Made by a program: the position numbers and the translations under genes. The notes beneath the pieces are model-generated. The model did no database searches. It had not been told where the DNA came from and saw only the letters and a list, made by a program, of their open reading frames with translations. Positions 49,980 to 59,548 of a stretch of DNA of 64,000 bases are shown here, piece by piece; position 1 is the stretch's first letter, and each line of letters starts with the position of its first letter. The DNA is from an uncultured Clostridium sp. (GTDB lineage Bacteria > Bacillota_I > Bacilli_A > RF39 > UBA660), in assembly GCA_905199855.1 (NCBI GenBank), contig CAJKHY010000002.1, positions 8,571 through 72,570 of the forward strand, read 5' to 3'.

Positions 49980-50417
49980 TTATAAATAAGGTTTTAATAT
50001 CTCAATACTTTCTTGCTGATACTTAAGCAAACGCTTAGCTAATTTAATAATACTCCTATCAGCATTTTCCTTATACCTATCTATCTTATGTTCCATTTCT
50101 ACTACTCCCATAGTAAATCCTTGAATTAACATCTCTGCAATAGAAGGATCACTATTATCTTTTAACATTTCCATCTTAATACCCATTTTAGACATCAATT
50201 CAACCATAAAACCCTTATCTTTAGGTGCTATCTTATTTTTCTTTAAAAGTCTCTTACTTTCCTTCAAAAAACTCTCATATTCTTTTAATTCATCTTCTAC
50301 TATTTTTTTAATCTTATTATTAGTATTCTTAATAGTATTAATTAACGTAGTAGTAGACTTTACTCCCATCGATGCTACTTGATAAATATAAGTAAGTAAT
50401 TCATTGTTTTCATTCAT
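49980..50417 (-). CDS. Hypothetical protein
   Basis: 145-aa ORF directly upstream of the SDR gene. No recognised domain. Confidence 0.35.
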   Translation of the reverse strand: MNENNELLTYIYQVASMGVKSTTTLINTIKNTNNKIKKIVEDELKEYESFLKESKRLLKKNKIAPKDKGFMVELMSKMGIKMEMLKDNSDPSIAEMLIQGFTMGVVEMEHKIDRYKENADRSIIKLAKRLLKYQQESIEILKPYL

Positions 50418-50666
50418 AATATCACCCTTTCTAAGTTTATTATGAATGATAAATAATATTTTATACTTACATTAAATAATTAATATCTTTAATTTCTAAA
50501 TTTTTACTTTCAGCATATTTTTCATATAAAAATTTACCAATAAAAAAGCCTATAATAAAACATAAAATCAATACTAATGTTGCTAAAATTATATCTCTTA
50601 CCTTATTTTCTTTTTTCATATTTCCTCCTTAAATTAAAAGTTAATAAACTATTATTTATTAACTCA

Positions 50667-51347
50667 TTATAAATTACTTCTAAATGACTTTAATTCCTTT
50701 AAAAAATCATTATCATCATCAATATCTATATCATATCTATTTTCTCTAGTTTCAGCCATCTTAGCATTTCTAAGTAATTCTTCATAACTAATAATAGCAT
50801 CTTCCTCTTGAGAATTTTCAAAATCAGTTAATGCAATTGGACCATCATCTATTTCTTCATCCACTTGTCTTTTTATCTCTTCAACAAAACTATTTTCCTC
50901 TATTTCTTCCTTCTCATATTTAGGCATAACTATTTCTTCTTCTATATTTTCCACTACCTCAATAGGTTCTAGTTTTTGTTCTTCGATATTTTCTTTAACA
51001 TCATCATTTTCTTCTATAACTTCATCATTAATACCATCATCAATATCCTCATTATTTAAAATTACAGCATTCTCTTTTAAATCTTCTTCTTTAATCTTTT
51101 CATAATCTTCTTTTTTAATACTCAAACTTCTAACATTATCCTTAAAATTTGTTTTATCTTCTACCTTATTTTTCTTCTCTTCAGTACGCATTTTTATAAT
51201 TATTTTTCTAAGTTCTTGATTTTTAAGCAAAACCGCGATTAAAGAAAAGAATAAGAAGAAAAATAAAACTACAATTAACCAAAATAAAACCATTCCCGGA
51301 GTATTTAAACTCTTATAAAAATCTAAAAAATATTCAATTTGTTTCAT
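50667..51347 (-). CDS. Hypothetical acidic protein with N-terminal TM segment
   Basis: 226 aa. TM near the N-terminus, then a highly acidic (Glu/Asp-rich) tail. Confidence 0.4.
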   Translation of the reverse strand: MKQIEYFLDFYKSLNTPGMVLFWLIVVLFFFLFFSLIAVLLKNQELRKIIIKMRTEEKKNKVEDKTNFKDNVRSLSIKKEDYEKIKEEDLKENAVILNNEDIDDGINDEVIEENDDVKENIEEQKLEPIEVVENIEEEIVMPKYEKEEIEENSFVEEIKRQVDEEIDDGPIALTDFENSQEEDAIISYEELLRNAKMAETRENRYDIDIDDDNDFLKELKSFRSNL

Positions 51348-51351
51348 TTGC

Positions 51352-52065
51352 TCACCTCATAAACAAATAATTAATAATACTTGTAATATATATAGAAGCC
51401 GTTTCTGCACGCATAATCCTACTACCCAAAGAAATACTCTCAAAACCTATTTCATTTAAGTATTCTTCTTCCTTATCTGTTATGCCACCCTCAGGTCCCA
51501 CTACTATAAACATTTTAGCACAAGATAACTTATTTTGTAAATAGTTATTTAATAATTTTTTATTTTTCTTTGTACTAAGTACTATTTTATTATCACAATC
51601 GATACTACCTAATTCATCAATATTCTTAATATCTAAAATCTTAGGAATAGTATTTCTCTTAGACTGCTCACTTGCTTCTTTACAAATACTTTGCCATCTT
51701 TCTTTTTTCTTTAAAAACTTCTTATCATCTAACTTAACAACACATCTTTCCATGTTAATTGGAACAATAGTATCTACTCCTAATTCTGTAGCCTTCTGTA
51801 AAACTAAATCCTGTTTTTGCTCCTTAATTAAAGCTACTCCTAAAATTATATCACAATCTAATTTTTTATCTTCCCTTATCTCTTCTAAAATATTGATCTT
51901 AAAATTATCCAATGATTCTATCTCACACAAATATGTAACATTATCATAAACAACTTCTATCTTGTCTAAAATACTATTTCTCATAACTTTCTTAATATGA
52001 TAAATATCTCCACTAGATAAAATTAAATTATTATTTATCTTATCTATTCCAAAATATCTTTGCAT
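51352..52065 (-). CDS. rsmE: 16S rRNA (uracil1498-N3)-methyltransferase
   Basis: 237 aa, RsmE family. PUA-like N-terminus and the VVGPEGGITDKE SPOUT motif. Confidence 0.8.
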   Translation of the reverse strand: MQRYFGIDKINNNLILSSGDIYHIKKVMRNSILDKIEVVYDNVTYLCEIESLDNFKINILEEIREDKKLDCDIILGVALIKEQKQDLVLQKATELGVDTIVPINMERCVVKLDDKKFLKKKERWQSICKEASEQSKRNTIPKILDIKNIDELGSIDCDNKIVLSTKKNKKLLNNYLQNKLSCAKMFIVVGPEGGITDKEEEYLNEIGFESISLGSRIMRAETASIYITSIINYLFMR

Positions 52066-52072
52066 ATAACAC

Positions 52073-52318
52073 CTAGTCGATTATTTCATTAATCATATTT
52101 TTATTAGAAACCGCAATTTTTAACATAACTTTTTCAAACTCATTACTATCCTTAATAGGTTCTAAAATACCATCAACTTCTTTAATAATAATGGTATCCT
52201 TATCATCACTATCATTTACTAAATATAAATATATAGCATTATCTTCATATATTACATCACATACAATATATTTATTATTATTTTCCATTGTAATTACATC
52301 ATATTTATTATATTTCAT
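52073..52318 (-). CDS. Hypothetical small protein
   Basis: 81-aa ORF between rsmE and an upstream membrane protein. It begins 8 nt after the upstream ORF, which suggests an operon. Confidence 0.35.
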   Translation of the reverse strand: MKYNKYDVITMENNNKYIVCDVIYEDNAIYLYLVNDSDDKDTIIIKEVDGILEPIKDSNEFEKVMLKIAVSNKNMINEIID

Positions 52319-52319
52319 A

Positions 52320-52745
52320 TTATCTACTCTTCCTTACTTCCCTAGAACTATCTATTAAATTAACTGGATTTAAATTATGAACAAACTCATCAGCATATTC
52401 CTTAAAAGATATATCTTCTTCACTAGTAGTAACAAGACTAGAACCAGATGCTTCATAACTAACATTATGCTCAATATCAACTTTCCTAGTTGATACTATA
52501 CCCACTGCCATAGAATAAATAAGTACTGTAGCTATAACCACTTTAAGAGCCTTGTTAGCCTTTTTTTTAGTACTAACATCATTTCTTCTACTATTATCTA
52601 CTTTAGCAACTCTCATCCCTTCCAATTTTTTAGCACGAGATTCCATTATTACTTGTTGTTCCTTAATATAATTTCTCATATTATCATTCATATTCATATT
52701 ACCATGAGTAATAGAATTAAATTTTAAACTATCATTTTCATTCAT
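52320..52745 (-). CDS. Hypothetical membrane protein
   Basis: The start is reassigned to MNENDSLKF.. (ATG at 52745, ribosome-binding site AAGGAGAA). The tracked N-terminal extension runs through a poly-Phe/homopolymer tract. Confidence 0.4.
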   Translation of the reverse strand: MNENDSLKFNSITHGNMNMNDNMRNYIKEQQVIMESRAKKLEGMRVAKVDNSRRNDVSTKKKANKALKVVIATVLIYSMAVGIVSTRKVDIEHNVSYEASGSSLVTTSEEDISFKEYADEFVHNLNPVNLIDSSREVRKSR

Positions 52746-52958
52746 ATAAAAATTCTCCTTAACTATACTAAGTATATCATATTTTATGAAAAGAAAGAAG
52801 AAAAAAAAGAAATATTTATATATGTTTACATATAATATTAAAAAGAAACCGGTTTCCTTCTTCATAACCAGTTTCTTTTACTTTTGCTATTGCATTGTAG
52901 TTCTATAGAGTTATTTTTTTATTATAATAATTGTAGTTAATTAGATACTTTTATATTA

Positions 52959-54752
52959 TTATTTTACAGAAAGAACAACACGAAAGCCTTGGTTAGGACT
53001 TGTATCAGTACCGTTATCCCAACCATAGAAAAAACTAAATATTCCTTTTTCTTCATCAGACATATATCTTCCTCCACGAGTAAACCAAGGATGATAGGAA
53101 TCAACAAATAAAGCTAAATCACTATACCAGCCTGCTGTCTCACCTAAAGCATCTCCTAGGTGGCTAGCACTTACACTAGTTCCTGAGTATATATCTATAT
53201 GCTCTGTTGGTACTGTACTTACTGTTAATCCTGATTTTCCTGCTGTTTTTTTATAATTTCCCATTACATTTTCAAATGCTCCACCACTCATATCATATAC
53301 TCCAAAAACAGTTCCTGTTGTTGATTGCAATGTATTAGTTATATAACTTGTACCAGAACCATCACCAGTAAGATAAGAACCATCCCCATTCGATGTTATT
53401 TCTGTTATTCCAAGTCCATAATTACTTTGCTTTAAATATGCTACTGCTCCCCATTCTATATTTTTTATCATATGAGAATCTGATTCATTTGCCCCTTTTG
53501 TAGTCAAATAATTTGTTGACCTAAATAATTTACCTGCACTATACATACTTGCTATTGTTATATCTCTTAATGATGTAATTCCAGGTTTTATTGTAGGAGT
53601 AGTTGTACTTCCTGTCGTTTCAAACTTTCCTACCCATATTCCTTTTAATTCTGTTTTATTACCACTTGCATTTATCATTGTAAATGCTGGATGTGTATAC
53701 CAATTCCCATTTGCTTTGTTTTGACATGTTTCTGCTCCATTAGATGCATATGTACATGTTACTGTTCCTGTAGTACTTGTACCACTTTCAAAAGTTACTT
53801 CAATTAATTGTTCTGTTGTACCACTTGCATATGTAGCATTAAATAATTTATATTTATATCTTGGTATCCATACATAATATGCTAAGATATCTGCTTCAGG
53901 TACTACAGTTCCAACATCTGCATTCATATATGTTTCTCTTTTAGTACTTGTTACCATAACTGCATTAGCCCATTTTTGATTACCATAATCATACCAATTA
54001 TTATATGCTCCATACTCATCAGCTTTTACCCATTTACTTCCATCATATGTAATTGGTATCATACCATCAGCTAATACTGGTCTATTTGCTCCAGAAGGAT
54101 CTTCTACTAAATCTTCAGTTTTACTAAGGCAATAATAATTCTTTTTACCATTTTCTATTTCTATTTTACAATTACTAGTATCTCCTATTTGTCCTTCACA
54201 ACTACTCTTTATATCACTAAGATTATAAGTATTAGTTATCTTAGTACCATTAGGATAATTATCTGTTCCATAGTTAATTGTATTACCTACATAACCTGTT
54301 ACTACTCCAATTACTACATCTATATCGTTATTAGAATTATTTGCTATTACTAAAGGTATAGTTTTTCTATTATCTTTATCTATATTACCACTTGTATTTA
54401 ATGCTGTTGTAGTAGTATTCTTGTCTTCTACTACTTCACCTATTATTACATCAGTTAAATCATTTGATGTATCATAATATATTTCATAATAGATAGTACC
54501 ATTACTAGAATTATTTACAATAAAGTTAAAACTAGCAACACTATTTTTACCTATATGAAAACTTTGTGTTCCTGATACATCAAAGGTATAATTTAACGTA
54601 GTATCCATATTAACAACATTACCTGAACTTACATTTGCGGTAAACATTGCATATGTATAATATAATCCTACTGATAATAATATAGCAATAATAGCACTTA
54701 ATACATATATATATTTAAGTGGTATTCTTTCTTTTAATTTTTTCATAATCAT
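52959..54752 (-). CDS. Membrane-anchored extracytoplasmic protein with C-terminal FGE-sulfatase (SUMF1/EgtB/PvdO-like) domain
   Basis: N-terminal signal anchor. The C-terminal blocks ...NIEWGAVAYL..., GVYDMSGGAFENVMG, FTRGGRYMS...GFRVVL match the conserved FGE-domain blocks (EWE, GlyDMsGNVwEW, RGGsw...GFR). The ribosome-binding site AATGGAGAA lies upstream. Confidence 0.55.
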   Translation of the reverse strand: MIMKKLKERIPLKYIYVLSAIIAILLSVGLYYTYAMFTANVSSGNVVNMDTTLNYTFDVSGTQSFHIGKNSVASFNFIVNNSSNGTIYYEIYYDTSNDLTDVIIGEVVEDKNTTTTALNTSGNIDKDNRKTIPLVIANNSNNDIDVVIGVVTGYVGNTINYGTDNYPNGTKITNTYNLSDIKSSCEGQIGDTSNCKIEIENGKKNYYCLSKTEDLVEDPSGANRPVLADGMIPITYDGSKWVKADEYGAYNNWYDYGNQKWANAVMVTSTKRETYMNADVGTVVPEADILAYYVWIPRYKYKLFNATYASGTTEQLIEVTFESGTSTTGTVTCTYASNGAETCQNKANGNWYTHPAFTMINASGNKTELKGIWVGKFETTGSTTTPTIKPGITSLRDITIASMYSAGKLFRSTNYLTTKGANESDSHMIKNIEWGAVAYLKQSNYGLGITEITSNGDGSYLTGDGSGTSYITNTLQSTTGTVFGVYDMSGGAFENVMGNYKKTAGKSGLTVSTVPTEHIDIYSGTSVSASHLGDALGETAGWYSDLALFVDSYHPWFTRGGRYMSDEEKGIFSFFYGWDNGTDTSPNQGFRVVLSVK

Positions 54753-55019
54753 TCTCCATTCTTAGAACAGCATAGCAAAAAAACTAAACAAAAGAACTAG
54801 TATTAAAATACTAATCTTTTATTTAGTTTACCTACTTTATATATTTTTTTAGTATTTAAAATAATAGAATATTTAAATACCCCCCCTCCATACAGATGTT
54901 TGGATATTGTAGTTAATTGGATATATTCTATTCATTTTAAACACCTACTTTCTTTTGCTATTCTTATGTATTAATCTTATCATGCTTTTATTATTTATGC
55001 AAGTAAAATGTTTATTTTT

Positions 55020-56273
55020 TTATTCTTCTATTTCACAATTATTAATTTCTTCCTCTAAAGCCTTAATATTCTTAATATCCTGACTATGAATTATATCATG
55101 ACATTCCTTACATAATATCTCTATATTATCTTCTCTCTTACCACCATCAGCATATCTTTTTATATGATGATATTCAGGTTCATTATAAAACTCAAACTTC
55201 TTCTTACATCTTTCACAATAAGGATGCTTCTCAAACAATATAGATTTATCAGCCTCAGTAATTTGTCTAGCCACATCTAAATCTAAAACCTTATATTTTT
55301 TTAAAAATTCATCTACCAATAACTTTTGTCTTAAAGTAATTAAATTTTCACTCCATCCACCACGACTAATATCATAATATTTATTATAAATATAATTAGA
55401 ACGCCTAAAATCTTCATTATAAACATTATTAAAGAAATTAATACAAAACTTCCTAATATTATCTTCCTGTTGAGTCATTGCATAATATTTTCTAAGATAA
55501 CTCACCATAGTATATATTGACATAATCCTAGCATCTTTTTCTAAGCAAAAGTATTTACCACCACTAGGGAAACATTTTAATAAATAATTTAAATTCTCAT
55601 TAACAGTGTTATATATTTTACCATTAATTGACTCATTCTTATAATCATCAAAATATTTATATAAATACTCAGTAGAAGATTCTTTAGTTCCAAACTGCTC
55701 AAAATACATCATTTTAGCCACGATTGGATAAGTATTATATCTATTTTTATTAATGGAAATAACTTCGTCAACAAACTTATGCTTAGATAGTTTTCTCATT
55801 GTAAGAACAATATCTCCTGGTAAAGCATTTAATCTTTCACCTAAATTTAAAGGTTTACCTCTTTGTAACCTAGAAAAAATCATTCTAACCCTTTCATCAT
55901 CATAATCTGGTACAATATGAACTTTAAGATCATACCCTAAAAATTTATCTTGTAATTCCTCAGGAATACATTTATCTCCATTAAAAGTACAACCATCTAA
56001 TTTCTCACCTGAAAATTTACTACTTAACTTAATCTTATTATCATAAAATTTTCTAATACAATTTAATCTTTGTTGCCCGTCTACTATATAAAATACAGTA
56101 TCGCCATTTTCATCAGTCTTCGCATTAAAGAAAAACATTGGAATAGGTTCTTCTCTTAAAATAGTATCTATAAAACATTGATTATCTTGATTAGACCAAA
56201 CATCAACAGGTCTTTGATAATTATAATCAACCTTATATCTATTCTTTTTATTAATAAATTCTTGTATTGTCAT
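55020..56273 (-). CDS. DUF262 (ParB-like nuclease, DGQQR motif) - HNH nuclease fusion protein; GmrSD-like putative defense/type IV restriction enzyme
   Basis: N-terminal FYIVDGQQRLNCI is the DUF262 hallmark. C-terminal EYHHIKRYADGGKREDNIEILCKECHDIIH is an HNH. 417 aa. Confidence 0.7.
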   Translation of the reverse strand: MTIQEFINKKNRYKVDYNYQRPVDVWSNQDNQCFIDTILREEPIPMFFFNAKTDENGDTVFYIVDGQQRLNCIRKFYDNKIKLSSKFSGEKLDGCTFNGDKCIPEELQDKFLGYDLKVHIVPDYDDERVRMIFSRLQRGKPLNLGERLNALPGDIVLTMRKLSKHKFVDEVISINKNRYNTYPIVAKMMYFEQFGTKESSTEYLYKYFDDYKNESINGKIYNTVNENLNYLLKCFPSGGKYFCLEKDARIMSIYTMVSYLRKYYAMTQQEDNIRKFCINFFNNVYNEDFRRSNYIYNKYYDISRGGWSENLITLRQKLLVDEFLKKYKVLDLDVARQITEADKSILFEKHPYCERCKKKFEFYNEPEYHHIKRYADGGKREDNIEILCKECHDIIHSQDIKNIKALEEEINNCEIEE

Positions 56274-56290
56274 ATAAAACTCCTTATAAA

Positions 56291-58201
56291 TTATTTTATT
56301 TTGTAACTATCTTCTAGTGAGAACTCAACGTTTTCTTCTATCCAAAGTTTTCTTGGTTCTACTGCATCACCCATTAAGACACTTACTCTTTTTTCCGCTA
56401 GAGCAGCATCGGTAATACCCACTTTAACAAGCATTCTGTTATTTGGATCCATTGTTGTTTCCCATAGTTGGGTAAAATTCATTTCACCTAATCCTTTATA
56501 TCTTTGAATAGTATAATTTTTCATGTTAGAAACTACTTTTCTTAGATCTTCGCCAGGATATACATAGGTAACTTTTTTCTTGTTTTCTTCTACTTTATAT
56601 AAAGGAGGCATTGCTATATATAAGTGTCCATTTTCAATAAGTGGTTTCATATACCTATAGAAAAATGTAAGTAGTAAGCATTGGATATGGGCTCCATCTT
56701 CATCAGCATCAGTCATGATAATAACCTTATCATAGTTACTATCTTTTATATTAAATTCATTGCCAATTCCAGCTCCTATGGTATGAATTAGGGTATTAAT
56801 TTCTTCATTTTTAAATATATCTTCTAGTTTGGCTTTCTCAGTATTAATAACTTTTCCCCTTAATGGTAATACTGCTTGGTATTTGCGATCTCTTCCTTGT
56901 TTAGCAGAACCACCAGCACTATCACCTTCGACTATAAATAGTTCGTTTTTACTTTTGTCTTTTCCTTGTGCAGGTGTTAGTTTACCACTTAATATTTTTT
57001 CTATTTTTTTGTTGTCTTTTCCTTTTCTTGTTTCTTCTCTTGCTTTTCTGGCTGCTTCTCTCGCTTCTTTACCTTTTAATGCTTTAGATATTATTTTGGT
57101 AGCAATGCTTTTATTTTCTTCTAAAAAATATTTTAATTTTTCTACGGTAATCGATTCTACTATACTTCTTGCTATTGGAGTACCTAGTTTGGCTTTGGTT
57201 TGCCCTTCAAACTGTAATAAGTCTTCTGGTATTTGAACACTTATAATCGCGGTTAAACCTTCTCTTACATCACTACCTTCAAATGTTTTATCTTTGCTTT
57301 TTAAGAAATTGTTTTCTTTGGCATAGTCATTTATTATTTTAGTAATCGCCGATTTGAATCCTACTTCATGGGTACCACCATCAGTGGTTTTAACATTATT
57401 GACAAAACTTATAATGTTTTCAGCATAACTATCTGTATATTGTAAAGCTACATCAACTTTAATTTTATCTCTAACACTAGAAAAACATAATACCTTATGT
57501 AAAACATCTTTTCCTTCGTTTAGATAATCACAGAATGCTGATAATCCATTTTCATAAACATATTTTTCTTCTCTATTATTAATTTCATCTATTATTTCAA
57601 TGATAAGACCATTTATTAGAAAAGCACATTCTTGCATTCTTTCACATATTGTTGAAAAACTAAAACTGGTCGTTTGGAATATTGTTGGATCTGGCCAAAA
57701 TCTTACTGTTGTTCCTGTGCCTCTGGCTTCACCTATTTTTCTTAATGTTTTGCTTACTTTGCCTCCATTTTCAAAAGCAATATAATATTCTCCTCCATCT
57801 TTTTTAGTTGTTACTTCCATTTTACTGCTTAACGCATTAACAACCGATGCTCCAACCCCATGCAAGCCCCCACTTACTTTGTATCCTCCATCACTAAATT
57901 TACCACCAGCATGGAGTACTGTATATATTACTTCGGGTGTACTTTTTCCTGAAGCATGCATTCCTACAGGGATACCTCTACCTTTATCAGTAACACTGAC
58001 AGAGCCATCTTTATGCATAATTATCTTAATACTGTTACCATATCCGTTTAATGCTTCATCTACGGCATTGTCAACAATTTCCCAGACTAGATGATGTAAT
58101 CCTCTTTTATCAGTGGAACCAATATACATACCAGGTCTTTTTCTAACAGCTTCAAGGCCTTCTAATATTTTAATTGAATTCTCATCATAATTTGATTTCA
58201 T
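56291..58201 (-). CDS. Type IIA DNA topoisomerase subunit B (GyrB or ParE; not distinguishable here)
   Basis: YDENSIKILEGLEAVRKRPGMYIGST... is a GHKL ATPase. The TOPRIM region EGDSAGGSAK is present. No A-subunit gene is adjacent. Confidence 0.88.
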   Translation of the reverse strand: MKSNYDENSIKILEGLEAVRKRPGMYIGSTDKRGLHHLVWEIVDNAVDEALNGYGNSIKIIMHKDGSVSVTDKGRGIPVGMHASGKSTPEVIYTVLHAGGKFSDGGYKVSGGLHGVGASVVNALSSKMEVTTKKDGGEYYIAFENGGKVSKTLRKIGEARGTGTTVRFWPDPTIFQTTSFSFSTICERMQECAFLINGLIIEIIDEINNREEKYVYENGLSAFCDYLNEGKDVLHKVLCFSSVRDKIKVDVALQYTDSYAENIISFVNNVKTTDGGTHEVGFKSAITKIINDYAKENNFLKSKDKTFEGSDVREGLTAIISVQIPEDLLQFEGQTKAKLGTPIARSIVESITVEKLKYFLEENKSIATKIISKALKGKEAREAARKAREETRKGKDNKKIEKILSGKLTPAQGKDKSKNELFIVEGDSAGGSAKQGRDRKYQAVLPLRGKVINTEKAKLEDIFKNEEINTLIHTIGAGIGNEFNIKDSNYDKVIIMTDADEDGAHIQCLLLTFFYRYMKPLIENGHLYIAMPPLYKVEENKKKVTYVYPGEDLRKVVSNMKNYTIQRYKGLGEMNFTQLWETTMDPNNRMLVKVGITDAALAEKRVSVLMGDAVEPRKLWIEENVEFSLEDSYKIK

Positions 58202-58210
58202 GTTTTCACC

Positions 58211-59194
58211 CTATTCTAATACTATATTTACATTTATTTTTTTTGTTTCACAGTTATACTCTAATTCAATTTCTTTGTCTAAATTTATATATTCATTGGT
58301 TTGGGGATTTTTTAATGAGCCTTTGAGGTAACCTTTATTTATTAAATCATTTAAAGTAATTGTTGTTTTATCATGGCATGTTTTAAATAAAGTGGTAATG
58401 TTATCAGTAGCATAATTTTTACTTGATAGTATAATGCTATTTTTTATTTTGTTAAGGTTTTCTTCTTTGCTTTTATCAATTAAACTACTTACGTTGGGCA
58501 CAAGCAAAATGGCAAGCATGCCTAATATTGAGATAACAATTAGTAATTCAATCAGTGTGAAGCCTTGGTTGTTTTTGTTATGTTTGGTAATATAATCTTT
58601 AACTGGTCCGTAGCTTCTTCGGTGTTCATTGATGATGCCATATTCTTCGATGGCTTTGATGTGTTTTTTTGTAGGATAACCTTTGTTGTTTTTAAAGTCA
58701 TACATTGGATATTTTTTGTCTAATTCATATAGCATTCTATCTCTAGTTACTTTGGCAATGACTGAAGCCGCAGCGATACTAATACTTAAAGCATCGCCTT
58801 TGATGATTGATGTTACTGGTATATCTAATTCTAAGGGCATGGCATCCACTAAAACATGTTCTAGTTTTATTTGTTTTCTTACGTTTTTAATTGCTTCTTT
58901 CATTGCTAGTTTGGTAGCTTCATAGATATTTATTTTATCAATTATGTCTTTGTCTATTATTCCAATTCCTATTGCAACAGCATGGTTCATAATGTAATCA
59001 TAATATATTTCTCTTTTTTTCTCACTTAATTTTTTTGAATCAGTTAATCCTTCTAAAACAAAATCTTTGGGTAATACAACGCAAGAGGCTACGACTGGGC
59101 CTACTAGAGGGCCTCTTCCTACTTCGTCAACACCTCCAATGAGAGAGATGTTACGACTATATAGTTCTTTTTCATATTTATATAAATCAACCAT
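58211..59194 (-). CDS. rnhB: Ribonuclease HII with an in-frame C-terminal ComGC-like type IV (pseudo)pilin domain
   Basis: Residues 1-~213 are the RNase HII family (GGVDEVGRGPLVGPV...). Residues ~214-327 begin QGFTLIELLIVISILGMLAILLVPNV, the prepilin peptidase G|FTLIE motif with a hydrophobic helix. There is no stop codon and no ATG/GTG/TTG start between the two parts. Confidence 0.7.
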   Translation of the reverse strand: MVDLYKYEKELYSRNISLIGGVDEVGRGPLVGPVVASCVVLPKDFVLEGLTDSKKLSEKKREIYYDYIMNHAVAIGIGIIDKDIIDKINIYEATKLAMKEAIKNVRKQIKLEHVLVDAMPLELDIPVTSIIKGDALSISIAAASVIAKVTRDRMLYELDKKYPMYDFKNNKGYPTKKHIKAIEEYGIINEHRRSYGPVKDYITKHNKNNQGFTLIELLIVISILGMLAILLVPNVSSLIDKSKEENLNKIKNSIILSSKNYATDNITTLFKTCHDKTTITLNDLINKGYLKGSLKNPQTNEYINLDKEIELEYNCETKKINVNIVLE

Positions 59195-59197
59195 ATC

Positions 59198-59494
59198 TTA
59201 CTTCCTAAAATTATTTATTATGGAGTTTATTTTGTTGTTTCTATTTATTTCTTTATTACCTTGTATTTGTCTATTTAAGTTATTTACTTTGTCTTCTTTT
59301 GTTTCTTTTTTGTTATTAAAATTAGTGTAACTACCAAACATTTTGTTATTAATTCTGTTCATTGCTTCTTTATAATCACTTACTTGTTTAGTATTATGAT
59401 TAGCTTTCCAGCGATCATTGAATATATCAAGTGTGTCTCTGTTGCGATTAAAACCAAGTGCCATATTATCACATCCTGAAACTAATTTTAGCAA
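59198..59494 (-). CDS. Hypothetical Asn/Lys-rich protein
   Basis: 98-aa ORF immediately upstream of rnhB on the same strand. Confidence 0.3.
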   Translation of the reverse strand: MLKLVSGCDNMALGFNRNRDTLDIFNDRWKANHNTKQVSDYKEAMNRINNKMFGSYTNFNNKKETKEDKVNNLNRQIQGNKEINRNNKINSIINNFRK

Positions 59495-59548
59495 AAAAAA
59501 AGAAAAAAGGCAAGTAATACTTACTTCTATATGACAATATTACTCGCT

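Noticed and set aside
52788-52900. Poly-A/poly-T tract and the long N-terminal extension (KYFFFFFFLFIKYD) of ORF 52320-52865
   Set aside because: This is a homopolymer-driven read-through of the intergenic region. A downstream ATG with ribosome-binding site AAGGAGAA is the plausible start. The GAAACCGGTTTC palindrome there is the upstream gene's terminator.
56829-58094. Three +strand ORFs (56829-57236, 57600-57785, 57879-58094)
   Set aside because: All are antisense inside the topoisomerase B-subunit gene. They have Pro/Leu/Ser-rich compositions typical of antisense frames of AT-rich genes.
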